NCBI GenBank assembly: GCA_963713705.1
Contig: CAVQMY010000045.1
Coordinates: forward strand, 585 to 64,584
Source of the DNA: an uncultured Verrucomicrobiae bacterium
Lineage (GTDB): Bacteria; Verrucomicrobiota; Verrucomicrobiia; Palsa-1439
Length of the DNA: 64,000 bases
Direction of reading: 5' to 3'
A program made the position numbers and the translations under genes. Shown here piece by piece: positions 1 to 8,983 of the stretch; the stretch's first letter is position 1, and every line of letters begins with the position of its first letter. The notes under the pieces were generated by a model that had not been told where the DNA came from, searched no databases, and saw only the letters and a list, made by a program, of their open reading frames with translations.

Positions 1-883
1 CCCGATCCCACGTGTGGGCCGCGTACGCGATCGCGCCAAACACCCGCTGCTTTTGCTGGGTCTGTGCGTGCTGTGTCGCCGCTTGGGCGATCAGCGATTG
101 CGCCAACGCCAAGAGCCGGTCGTTCTTCGCCAGCCCCACGATGTAATGGACGTCGTCCCGGTCGCACCACCGCAGCAGCCGCCAGCGACAGAACCCGCTG
201 TCGCCCCGCACCACGATCTTGACCGTCGGCCACGCCTGCCGCAGCCGTTTCACCAACAACGCCACAATCGCCCACGCGTGCCGGGCCACGTCGATGTTGC
301 TCGGCCGCAGATACGCCACCAACAACCGCTCCCCGCAGAACACGTACAGCGGCAGAAAACAATACTGTCCGTAGTAACCGTGGAAGAACGCGCCTTCCTG
401 TTTCCCGTGCAACGGATCGTCGGTGGCATCCAGGTCCAGCACCAACTCCGTCGGTGGTGTCGCGTGACTGGCGATGAACTGCTCGACCCACCACTGATGC
501 ACCTGCCAGGCGGCGTGCCGATCCGCACCGTTTTCCCAGCGGCACAACGTCGAGGCGCTGGCCAGATCGTCGTCCTGCTCAACCGCCGTCTGCAACGCCA
601 CGTCGGTGCGCAAGCGGTCGTGGTCATTGAGATCCTCGTAGCCCTGACACAACCCGTAGATGCGCTGGCGCAACAACGTCACCAATGGATGAATGACTTT
701 GGTCGTGTCGCGCGGATCGGGCAGGCGTTTGGCCAATGTGGCGGTCAGTTGCAGCCGCCGATCCACTTGGCGCAGCAGCACCAATCCGCCATCACTGGAA
801 ACATCGCCGCCGGTGAAGCTGGCTTGGACACGGCGGCGATTTGTGACTGGAAACTCAAACGAAGTCTGGGTACAAACTGTCAC
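1..883 (-). CDS. IS4-family DDE transposase, partial (C-terminal part lies beyond the window start); belongs to a truncated IS
   Basis: Minus-strand translation gives ...FTGGDVSSDGGLVLLRQVDRRLQLTATLAKRLPDPRD...GYEDLNDHDRLR...VRGDSGFCRWRLL, typical of IS4/ISH8-type transposases. No ATG is present; the apparent GTG start is at 881-883. The 304-aa ORF on the + strand (14..928) is its low-complexity antisense. Confidence 0.55.
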   Translation of the reverse strand, partial: MTVCTQTSFEFPVTNRRRVQASFTGGDVSSDGGLVLLRQVDRRLQLTATLAKRLPDPRDTTKVIHPLVTLLRQRIYGLCQGYEDLNDHDRLRTDVALQTAVEQDDDLASASTLCRWENGADRHAAWQVHQWWVEQFIASHATPPTELVLDLDATDDPLHGKQEGAFFHGYYGQYCFLPLYVFCGERLLVAYLRPSNIDVARHAWAIVALLVKRLRQAWPTVKIVVRGDSGFCRWRLLRWCDRDDVHYIVGLAKNDRLLALAQSLIAQAATQHAQTQQKQRVFGAIAYAAHTWDR

Positions 884-1082
884 GGCGAAACCTCCTTGGT
901 TGCAAGCCTTGAACAGCTTCGCTTATAGCGACTTCCAAGCGTTTCGCCACTTCTCTTTATGAAAAATCTGGGTTAGTCATCCGATTGAGGAAGCCGCCCC
1001 GCTTCTGCCGCCTCAGCCCCCACCATTCGACGCTGTTGCCAGGGAAAGAGAGATCACAAAATGAACGACAAAAATAGTGACC

Positions 1083-1331
1083 CAAATCATCCCGCTGGCT
1101 GCGAGCTCATCGAGGCCCAAATTGATCCCTTCATTGCCGGTCTGAAGGCAGCGGGTTGTCACCGTGATCGCACTTTGGTTGGGCCATGAGTCAATCCAAA
1201 CCACACAAATCTACCTCCATGCCGACATGGCGATGAAGGAAAAGGCTCTGGCTCGAGCGACGAAAAGCAAAGTGGCACCCAAACGTTACCGTCCAACCGA
1301 TAGGCTGCTCGCCTTCTTGGAGAGCCTTTGA
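1083..1331 (+). pseudogene. C-terminal fragment of a tyrosine recombinase/integrase (remnant)
   Basis: Short + strand frames encode ...ESIQTTQIYLHADMAMKEKALARATKSKVAPKRYRPTDRLLAFLESL*. This is the conserved C-terminal TTQIYxH catalytic-Tyr region of phage-type integrases. There is no upstream catalytic core and the frames are broken. Confidence 0.45.
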
Positions 1332-1450
1332 TTATGCCGCGCGTTCATACCCGACGGCGTTAGGAGTGGCTGTAATTTGCGGTTCCAGCTTGGTCACGCG
1401 GCATAATCCTTGAGGCGGCATAATCTCATTTATGCCGCGCGCGGCATAAA
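1331..1450. repeat. 120-bp palindromic MITE-like element with TTATGCCGCGCG terminal inverted repeats
   Basis: TTATGCCGCGCG is at 1332-1343. Reverse copies (CGCGGCATAA) sit at ~1398 and ~1415. A perfect 24-bp palindrome ATTTATGCCGCGCGCGGCATAAAT lies at 1427-1450. The element sits exactly where the IS66 tnpC reading frame loses homology. Confidence 0.5.
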
Positions 1451-2756
1451 TTAAGTTGTTGTCGATCTCCAAAGCCCCGTCATCCACGAACCGCGTCAAC
1501 GCGTCCCAGCGTTTCAACGCGTAGTCGATGGCTTGGCCGAGCAGACCTTGTGGCAAGATGCGTCCCCGCACCAACTCCATCGCCTGCCGCAGTCGCGCTA
1601 GGATGGGACGGCTCGGCCAAGTGCGGATGGCAGCCCGTAGTTGCGGGCCAGCCTTTTTCTCCCGCAACTCCTTCTCCACCGCGTACAGCAGCCCTATCTG
1701 CCGCACAAACCATGCGGCCAATTTGCTTTCAGTCAACGCCTCGTGGAAACCACGTCTCGCGTGCGCCCAGCAGCCAATCAACGTCAGGTCGTCGCGTTCC
1801 TTGGCCAGTGATTCATACGCGGAGAATCCATCTGTCTGGAGTTTCCCACGGAAGTTCTTCAGAAACTCCTTCGGCCCTTCCCGCGACCGGCTCACCCGCC
1901 ATTCAAACAGCACATCGCCGCCCGGCCGACTGTACGTCCACAGATACCCCTGCTGGCTTTTGCCTTTCACATCCGGATCCAAATATCGGATCGGAGTCTC
2001 ATCGGCTTGCAGGTAACTGCCCCGCAGCAAATCCTCCCGAATCGCCCGATACACCGGTTTGAGCAATTCGGCGGCTTGTTCCACCCATGAGCCCATCGTC
2101 TTGCGGCTCAGGTCTACCCCAAATTGCTGACGGAACATCTTCTCCTGCCGGTAGAGCGGCACATGGTACTCGTACTTGCTGACCAGAATCTGGGCCAGCA
2201 AGCCCGTCCCGACCATGCCTTGCTCAATCGGCTGCGGAGGCAACGGTGCGATGGCAAACTGTTCGGCCTTCACATAGCGCGGTCGGATGAAGACCCGCTT
2301 GATGATCTTGGCGGCCACCCAGTCCAGTTGGCTGGTGCGTTCCTCACTGATCTTCTTCCAACCCTCGGGCTGCGCTTGGACTTCCTCCGGCTCGATGACG
2401 ATCTCGTGGGTTTCCAGTTTGTCTTCCGCCAACATGCGCCGCACCGGATGAAGAGTGCCGTTGCGGGAAACGCCAACGGGCTTGGGCTCTGGCGTCGGCA
2501 ATGTGACGACATTGGCCAAGCCTTGCAGGAGCAATTCCAGTTGATGTCGGTCCAGCCCCTCGTTGCGCTGGCCGCCGAAGTAATGACGGATGTATTGGTC
2601 GAGTTTCTGGCGCAGGAGCCGGTTCTCCTGGTGCAGACGCGCATTCTCTTCGCGCAGGCGGGTGTTGTCGGCCTCCAACGCGGCGACACGGGCACTCAAC
2701 TCTTCCACTTTCTTGAGCAGTGCGGCATTGGTCACACTACTTTGACCGGAAAACAA
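1332..2756 (-). CDS. tnpC: IS66-family transposase TnpC, C-terminally disrupted
   Basis: N-terminal leucine zipper plus DDE core (…LTLIGCWAHARRGFHEAL…EIDNNL). The conserved continuation ENAIRP after EIDNNLI is missing. The frame reads through the palindromic element (1331-1450) into unrelated DNA. Confidence 0.8.
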   Translation of the reverse strand: MFSGQSSVTNAALLKKVEELSARVAALEADNTRLREENARLHQENRLLRQKLDQYIRHYFGGQRNEGLDRHQLELLLQGLANVVTLPTPEPKPVGVSRNGTLHPVRRMLAEDKLETHEIVIEPEEVQAQPEGWKKISEERTSQLDWVAAKIIKRVFIRPRYVKAEQFAIAPLPPQPIEQGMVGTGLLAQILVSKYEYHVPLYRQEKMFRQQFGVDLSRKTMGSWVEQAAELLKPVYRAIREDLLRGSYLQADETPIRYLDPDVKGKSQQGYLWTYSRPGGDVLFEWRVSRSREGPKEFLKNFRGKLQTDGFSAYESLAKERDDLTLIGCWAHARRGFHEALTESKLAAWFVRQIGLLYAVEKELREKKAGPQLRAAIRTWPSRPILARLRQAMELVRGRILPQGLLGQAIDYALKRWDALTRFVDDGALEIDNNLIYAARGINEIMPPQGLCRVTKLEPQITATPNAVGYERAA

Positions 2757-2786
2757 ACAGTCTGTTCAAACTCGTGAAAAGAAGTT

Positions 2787-3122
2787 TCACCGACGATACC
2801 AACCGGCTTTGGTATGCACTTCCAGTCCGTGAATCAGGGCGCTGAACTCTTCGCCGCGCAAACTGACCTGACCATGTTCACTCACGGGCCACGTAAATCG
2901 TCCTCGCTCCAGCCGCTTGGCGCAGACCCACAAACCGGATCCATCCCAGTAGAGCACCTTGAGTCGGTTGTGCCGCCGGTTGGTGAACACAAACAGATGG
3001 CCTGACAGGGGATTCTCTTTGAGTTGCTCGACGACCAGGCTGTACAGCCGGTTAAAACTGCCACGCAAATCGACGGGCACCGTGGCCACCAGCACCCGCG
3101 TGGTGCCGGACACACTCAGCAC
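2787..3122 (-). CDS. tnpB: IS66 accessory protein TnpB (Orf2)
   Basis: 111 aa with the characteristic LxRLxxVLYWDGSGLWVCAKRLERGRF motif of IS66 Orf2. It sits between tnpA and tnpC, as is typical for IS66. Confidence 0.8.
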   Translation of the reverse strand: MLSVSGTTRVLVATVPVDLRGSFNRLYSLVVEQLKENPLSGHLFVFTNRRHNRLKVLYWDGSGLWVCAKRLERGRFTWPVSEHGQVSLRGEEFSALIHGLEVHTKAGWYRR

Positions 3123-3433
3123 AACGCACGCAGGACTTTGGGCAAAGACCGGATCGCGGAACTATCGTTCAGCCGTACCGTCCAGCCCTTGGGACTGGTG
3201 ACCTCCACCGCCCACTTCGTAGTCGCGGTCGGCATGACCATTTCCTGAAAGCTTACTGCCGGTTTGCCGGTACGGCGCTCGTCCTGCAACCACTTGCTCA
3301 GCGTCGAGAAGCCGACCCCGTGACGGGCAGCAAACTCCTTTCGGGTCAGTTGGCTCTGCCGAAACCGGGCCAATAGTCGTCGGCGTTGTTGGGGAGTAAA
3401 CCGGTGCTGAGCCACATCTTTGGGTGAAATCAT
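3116..3433 (-). CDS. tnpA: IS66 Orf1 (TnpA, HTH)
   Basis: 105 aa (…RFTPQQRRRLLARFRQSQLTRKEFAARHGVGFSTLSKWLQ…), an IS3/IS66-type HTH transposase Orf1. It overlaps tnpB by 7 nt. Confidence 0.75.
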   Translation of the reverse strand: MISPKDVAQHRFTPQQRRRLLARFRQSQLTRKEFAARHGVGFSTLSKWLQDERRTGKPAVSFQEMVMPTATTKWAVEVTSPKGWTVRLNDSSAIRSLPKVLRALC

Positions 3434-3642
3434 GCCGCCATCGTGGCAGAATCCAGCCCGTCAGACTAGATGTGGACGCTCAGCCGCATACGCTGCGATG
3501 AACCAAGAAAGTTCCGGTCGTGACGAGCGCGGGAGTTGCGGAGCGGAACAAGCGTGGTCGAGGAGGGAGGCAGAGGCGAGACCGGTAGCGAGTGGAGTGC
3601 AGCAACGCCCGCGTTGGTCACGGCGGTTCTCCGAATTTCATG

Positions 3643-4512
3643 TTATAGCAGACTCACCAAGTGTTCACCGACAAATCGGTGGGCCTCCTCGTAGTTGTAG
3701 TCCAGTCCCGGGCGCAGCAGGTCTTCCGTATCGGCGAGGAAATCCGTGTTCTTCACCTTGGCGGCAAGATCGTCGCGGAACTGGCGCTGCGAGACCTGTT
3801 TGTTCTCCTCCTGGAGATACCGATGGAAAACAGTGACCATCTTGGCCGGGTCGGCTTTGCCAAAGGTCAGGCCGTACCACAGGTCGAACAGGTTGCGGCC
3901 CTTCGTGCGTTGATACTGTGCGCGCATTTTGGTGCCGAGCAATTCGTCCATCTGGTACGTGGTCAGATCGCACTGCCCCCGAAACCAGTCCGAGTCAACG
4001 GCAAAGCGAGATTTCTTCAGCTCCAGTACGTTGAATCGTTCGCGCGTGTTGATTTCGAGCTTCAGTCGCAACCGGGTGGTGGGAGGCGTTTCGGATTGAA
4101 ACCGCCACGTGAGCGTTCTGACTCCGCGCCCCAGAAGATTGGCAGTCTGACGAACGACAGTGGCCACGCCCCCGCGCCATTCCGGCAACGGCTCACCGAG
4201 AAAACCAAGAGCTTGGCGAACCGCGTCGATGATGCGGTCGAGTTGTCCATCGCCAACCTGTACCAGATCGATGTCTTCCGAGTACCGCGCGGCCGGCGCA
4301 AGGTGCAATTTGTGCAGTGCCGTGCCGCCTCGGAACGCGAGATTCTCGGCGACCAGCTTTTGCGAGAACAACTCCACCAAGGCGCGCGAAATGATTAAGT
4401 CCTGCTCCACTTGGTCAGCCGTTTTCCACGGGGCTTTCGTCCGCCAGTCGAGGATGTTGGCTTGTGGAATCACAGTTCGCCCTCGACTTCGGTGTTTACG
4501 ATTACGCTCCAC
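3643..4512 (-). CDS. abiEii: AbiEii/AbiGii-family nucleotidyltransferase toxin (type IV TA)
   Basis: 289 aa containing FRGGTALHKLHL…RYSEDIDL. This is the nucleotidyltransferase (DUF1814) signature of AbiEii toxins. It lies immediately downstream of the AbiEi-like gene with a 43-nt overlap. Confidence 0.75.
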   Translation of the reverse strand: MERNRKHRSRGRTVIPQANILDWRTKAPWKTADQVEQDLIISRALVELFSQKLVAENLAFRGGTALHKLHLAPAARYSEDIDLVQVGDGQLDRIIDAVRQALGFLGEPLPEWRGGVATVVRQTANLLGRGVRTLTWRFQSETPPTTRLRLKLEINTRERFNVLELKKSRFAVDSDWFRGQCDLTTYQMDELLGTKMRAQYQRTKGRNLFDLWYGLTFGKADPAKMVTVFHRYLQEENKQVSQRQFRDDLAAKVKNTDFLADTEDLLRPGLDYNYEEAHRFVGEHLVSLL

Positions 4513-5255
4513 TTCGGGTCGCGTGTAAATCCTTTGGCTGGGCGTGAGGGGTCAAGCACCACCGGCTTCGTCCTCTTTTGCTCCAACCACTCGTGGAGTG
4601 TTACAGTGACGGACTCAAACCCCGCCTTGTCCAACAGCCAGCCCAAACGCTGAACATGGGCAAGTTGCTCGCCTACTTGCGCGGCGGCGACCAGGGTGTC
4701 CGCCTCGATGCTCTCGCCCAGTTCCTGCAATACCGTCATGACTCTATTCAGCCTGCCGACACGCCGCTCGTAAGCCACCAAGTCCAACGCCGTCGCGGCC
4801 GGTGTCGAAATGAGAATGTCACCGGTGAAGGTCCGCTTCTTGACTTGAGGGGTTCCCACCACGTTTGCTTTCTTGAAAAACCGAATCCGCAGTCCGGCTG
4901 CCTCGACCTCGCGGGTCGCGCGAGCGGTGATGATCTGAAAAGCTTGTGGTCGCTGGTGCGCTGCGCCGTGCAGTTCTGCGGCGCTCAACAGTGCCACGTA
5001 GTACGGTTGCCCCAAGAATTTCATCAAGTCGTTAATAAACCAATCGGGCGGAAGAATGCCGCTTGACCGGTATTCCACCGGCACGATCACATAAAAGCCC
5101 CGTCGTACACCGACGATCTGCTTCTTCTCCGCGAGGCGGCAGGCTGAGACTTCGAACGAGTTCGCTTGCAGGCCGGTAGCCTTTAGGGCTTCAACCCGCG
5201 TGAGCGTATAGCGCCCAGAACCTTGCAGACGTTCCACGTACTCGGATAGCGTCAT
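4470..5255 (-). CDS. abiEi: AbiEi-family antitoxin / transcriptional regulator
   Basis: 261 aa. The N-terminal wHTH-like region and the size and arrangement match AbiEi_4 antitoxins encoded upstream of AbiEii. Confidence 0.65.
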   Translation of the reverse strand: MTLSEYVERLQGSGRYTLTRVEALKATGLQANSFEVSACRLAEKKQIVGVRRGFYVIVPVEYRSSGILPPDWFINDLMKFLGQPYYVALLSAAELHGAAHQRPQAFQIITARATREVEAAGLRIRFFKKANVVGTPQVKKRTFTGDILISTPAATALDLVAYERRVGRLNRVMTVLQELGESIEADTLVAAAQVGEQLAHVQRLGWLLDKAGFESVTVTLHEWLEQKRTKPVVLDPSRPAKGFTRDPKWSVIVNTEVEGEL

Positions 5256-5493
5256 CTCGCTTATTGCCTTATCGTTTGCGGAAGTTTACAGATTATGTAA
5301 ACTTCTGCAACTCAAATCAGTCTATCTTGCTGTCAACCTCATCTTCCGATTACGCAAATCGCGTTACGCAGTTTGCTTAGTCCGACAGCTTTCACTGGCC
5401 TCCTCCTCTTGTGCCTACTGCGCAGGGGGCAACTCCGCACGGTTTGCGCCCTCGACCACAGTGGGTTGCTCCGCTGCCATACCGGAAATCGCG

Positions 5494-7636
5494 CTAAGCC
5501 CAAGTTGCGAGGATTGATTCAAGATATTGTTGTACCGGGCCGCGCTGGAGAATCTCATGCGCGAACTGGTTTCTGTAACTTCTCAAGCAGCCGTAGCAAC
5601 TCGTGTTCGGGGCGCAACCACAGCCACCCTCAACCCGCTTGAGTGCAGCCTGTAGGCATGTCCGCAAAACCGCTTCCTGCTCCAGTCTGGCGACCAGTCC
5701 TGCTCCACCGGGAACGTTGTCATAAAGAATGATCGGCGGGACGGCGTGTTGTCCGCTATGAACTGTCGTGCTGAGATCAAGCGAAGGAACTTCGAGAACC
5801 TCGGCTGCGCCTTCTACGACTGCATACGCGAGCGATAACGCAAAGGCTACGATGCTCGTTCCATTTGGCGGTGCGGGATGAAACTGGAGTTGGAGAACAT
5901 CCGTCACGAACTCGTGACCAAGTGAAACTTGCTCCAGAGTTCCTGCGCACTGCTGGCCTTGTGGCGTTTTGTGTCGGTTCTGCCGCTTGCGGAATCCCGC
6001 ACCGCAGCCGCCGCAGAGGTAGAATCCCTCGCCGCCCCGGCCCTCGCAGATAACAACCATTAGGCCCGGTGACGCCTTGATGACTGTCGCTAATGGAGAG
6101 GCAGCCGGGCATCGGGATGACGCCGGGCTCAATGGCCAACGAGCGAGCAAAATAGGGGCGAGTTGAAAACACTTTTGCGGGTCGCGACTTTGGATCTTTT
6201 GGTTTGTCCCTGTCCGTAACGAATCCGAACGCAGGGATGACGTACTTGTGCGGAAGCAGCCGGTCACCGCAAGGCATCGTCGGCTTTGGCTCACCTTCAC
6301 TCCATTGAAGAAAGACGTTGTGGGTCGAGCACCGCGCGTAAGACTTCCTCGGCCATTCCCGCTCAGCAACCTTCTTCAGGCCGTACGATGTCCATTCCTT
6401 CTTGTTGGCGACTAACTTACTTGTCGGCGCAAACTCCGAGATGGCGATGGCAAGGTCTCGTTGCAGAGAAACTTCGTACGCATCGTGGCCGGATTGCTGG
6501 GTACGTTGGGTGTCTAGCTCGACGACATCTACGGGGAATCCGTACTTGGGAATGACCGCCTTGCGTGAAAGAAACGAAAGCACCGTCTCCTTGGCGATCG
6601 TTTCGGCTCTTCTCTGAGCCCATGCGGCGGTCTTGTAATCGGCGGGACGGCTGTTGCGGGCACTTTCCTCGATGCCAATAACCGTTTTGAAGTCGCTTGA
6701 CACCTCCGCTTCCGCCAAGGCGAAGCGCGTATTCTCGCCGGCGATCTTGTCAACCCATCGCCCGTCGGTCAACGCTTCCATCTCGGACGGCAGAATCTGG
6801 GAAATCCTCTGTTCGATGCGCTCCCGGTTACTGATGAGGAAAGTTCGGAAGTCGCGTAGGGCAGATGGCGAACTCAAGTCCGTGAACAGGCTTTGAACCT
6901 CTGGGAATCTCTCCTTGAACTGACGGAAGAAAAGCGAGAGCGCAACTGCAGCGACATGGCGGGTGATGATCCGCTCGTTCCGCAACGCCAATACCGGCGG
7001 CTGGACTTTGCCGGTCAACATGCGTAGCGGTTCGGCAAAGTGGTAGAGGTCGTGCGGGCCGCGTTTGCAGTACGTGATGGCAAACCCGGGGCGACCGCTT
7101 CTCCGACCGGAGCGCCCGACACGCTGGGCGTAGTTGAAGGCTTCGGGAGGAACATTGCGGAGGAAGATGGTGTCCAGGTCGCCGAGATCAACGCCAAGTT
7201 CAAACGTCGTGGAGCAACTGAGAACGTGGATTTTGCCGTCGCGGAAATCGCGTTGAAACTCGCGCGCCTTCTCTTTGTCGAGTTGGGCTGTGTGTTCTTC
7301 CACACGTAACGAACCCGGTAGCTCCGATTCATACAGAAGCCGATAATGGTTGGCCTCAAGTTCAGACCGGCGTGTTTGGTTGAGAACGCCAGGACAACGC
7401 TGTCTCGGGCAGTGGCCTTGGACTGAAACTGCTTGGATGCGACCACAGGTGTCGCAGCGATACATGGCGTCGGCATGTGGCGTACGAATGCCGCAATCCG
7501 TTGTTCGGCCAACGCAGGCCCATCTCGGTGGCGAGCGTTGACGCCATGCGACCGACGCGAGCCCAGCGGGAGACTTTTCCCGTGCGCCCCCGATAGGGAG
7601 CGAGCCACGCTTGCAGATTCGGCTGAATCGGCACAA
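5494..7636 (-). pseudogene. YprA/MrfA/DrmA-like DEAD/DEAH helicase with C-terminal DUF1998 (MZB) domain; 5'-truncated and frameshifted
   Basis: The 5777..7636 frame carries helicase motifs IV-VI (…VLSCSTTFELGVDLGDLDTIF…QRVGRSGRRSGRPG…) and the start of DUF1998 (…PKYGFPVDVVELD…). The 5494..6369 frame continues DUF1998 (…LGHEFVTDVLQLQF…ILYDNVPGGAGL…CGCAPNTSCYGCLRSY). The RecA1/Walker-A N-domain is absent. A frame switch lies near 6000. Confidence 0.6.
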
Positions 7637-8561
7637 GGCGACGTTGGGCGGTTTTGGCCTTCCTTGCCTTCACTTCCACGAAGCCTTGAGCAAAGCGAAT
7701 ATCTTCCCATTCCAAACGAAGAATTTCGGCGTGGCGCAGTCCAGTAAACGCCCCGATGGCCAGGAAGGGCACCACCTCCACATCGGCTTTGCCGAGCAGC
7801 TTGGCGAAGTCGCCGGGCCGGAACACTTCGATCTCGCCCCCGACCGTCTTCGCGCGGGGCAGGCCATCGGCTTCCGTAGAACGATCCCGGGGCAAATACC
7901 CGCTTTGTTTGGCGAACCGCCACAGGGTCACTGTGACGTTGCGATAATTGTTCCGCGACCGCGGGGACACGGTGAGTGAACGCAGCCATTCTTCGATTTG
8001 CGGTCGCGTTACGTTGATGATCGGCCCGGACAATGCCGCCGTGATATGCGGGAGCCGGGTGCTCAAGTCTTTGAGGTAGGACTCACTGGTGCCGTCACGG
8101 CGTTTGGCCTCCAGCATTTCCTGAGCGACTTCCGCGACCGTTTTTTGTGGCACATCCGGCAGATTGTGACGGCAGTAGAACTCAATCGCCTCGTTGAGGG
8201 AGGCCCCCCGGAGCTTTTCCCGGCCCGCGATGTATTCGTGGATTGCCGAACTGAGCGGGATACCAAAAGGCTCCAATGCCTTCACTGAATAAAGGTATCC
8301 CTCCAGGTCCTTGCCGGTGAGTGCCTTGGCGGTTGCCTGTTGATTGTGAACGGCGCCCGCGATCTCTGCCGCCCTGTCGTGCGCCGCCTCCTTCTGGCGA
8401 AACGCTTCGGTTCGTCGCTTGCCGGCAATGGCGTAGGTGACGAACCACCGTCCGTCGCGGCCAGCGTAACATTTAACGCTGACACCGCCGACAGTGACCT
8501 GAAACGATCGGGCTTCCGAACCGAGCTTCTTCGACTTGATCTTGGCCTTCATGATGGCCAA
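7362..8561 (-). CDS. int: Tyrosine-type site-specific integrase next to a tRNA, probably C-terminally truncated
   Basis: 399 aa. Box I is …FTGLRHAEILRLEWEDI… and box II is …GLRHSYAT…. The conserved distal LGHxxxxTTxxYxH tyrosine segment cannot be found in any frame after LRHSYAT at ~7478. The gene lies directly 3' of tRNA-Gly. Confidence 0.7.
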   Translation of the reverse strand: MAIMKAKIKSKKLGSEARSFQVTVGGVSVKCYAGRDGRWFVTYAIAGKRRTEAFRQKEAAHDRAAEIAGAVHNQQATAKALTGKDLEGYLYSVKALEPFGIPLSSAIHEYIAGREKLRGASLNEAIEFYCRHNLPDVPQKTVAEVAQEMLEAKRRDGTSESYLKDLSTRLPHITAALSGPIINVTRPQIEEWLRSLTVSPRSRNNYRNVTVTLWRFAKQSGYLPRDRSTEADGLPRAKTVGGEIEVFRPGDFAKLLGKADVEVVPFLAIGAFTGLRHAEILRLEWEDIRFAQGFVEVKARKAKTAQRRLVPIQPNLQAWLAPYRGRTGKVSRWARVGRMASTLATEMGLRWPNNGLRHSYATCRRHVSLRHLWSHPSSFSPRPLPETALSWRSQPNTPV

Positions 8562-8615
8562 ATCTGCTACAAACTGCTACAGATTTCAAGTCTTTTCTAT
8601 ATTTAGGCCAAAAAG

Positions 8616-8689
8616 TGGAGCGGGCGATGGGAATCGAACCCACCTCGCCGGCTTGGGAAGCCGGTGCATTACCACTATGCTACGCCCGC
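8616..8689 (-). tRNA. tRNA-Gly (anticodon CCC)
   Basis: Minus-strand sequence GCGGGCGTAGCATAGTGGTAATGCACCGGCTTCCCAAGCCGGCGAGGTGGGTTCGATTCCCATCGCCCGCTCCA. It has a 7-bp acceptor stem, a CTTCCCAAG anticodon loop, a GGTTCGATTCC T-arm and an encoded CCA. Confidence 0.85.
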
Positions 8690-8917
8690 TTTTCGCAAGA
8701 ACTCGTGGCCTGGTCCCGACTTCAGGAACCGCTCACGTTTACGGGCTCCATCATAGTCAGCGCACTGCTCCGTGTAAAGGAGGTTCCACGGGCCTTGAGA
8801 GCGCGTCGCCCGACTCTGACCTCGATTGTGTTCCTGCAGTCGCCGAGACAGGTCACGAGTGATGCCGACGTAGTGTTGGCCGGATGACTGGCTGCGAAGT
8901 ACGTAAACGGTGACCAT
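8675..8917 (-). CDS. Small GIY-YIG nuclease-family protein
   Basis: 80 aa (…VYVLRSQSSGQHYVGITRDLSRRLQEHNRGQ…), a GIY-YIG motif. Its 3' end overlaps the tRNA-Gly 5' end by ~15 nt. Confidence 0.6.
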   Translation of the reverse strand: MVTVYVLRSQSSGQHYVGITRDLSRRLQEHNRGQSRATRSQGPWNLLYTEQCADYDGARKRERFLKSGPGHEFLRKAGVA

Positions 8918-8983
8918 TGCCGCCTCGCCGGGCCCGAAGGTTCCGCGCCCAAATCAAGCCAAAGTTGGTAAACCCGCTGCGGT

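Larger units (their letters stand above)
1440..3480 (-). mobile_element. IS66-family insertion sequence (tnpA-tnpB-tnpC), truncated at the tnpC end
   Basis: Canonical three-ORF IS66 organisation. The left end is replaced by a palindromic element; the right end was not mapped precisely. Confidence 0.7.

Noticed and set aside
14-928. 304-aa + strand ORF at the window start
   Set aside because: Low-complexity, Arg/Pro/Gln-rich translation. It is the antisense of a well-supported IS4-family transposase on the minus strand.
1-8616. attR repeat of the tRNA-Gly 3' end marking the other island boundary
   Set aside because: I looked for a copy of GGGAATCGAACCCACC or GGAGCGGGCGATGG at lower coordinates by eye and found none. 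It may lie beyond the window start, or may be degraded.
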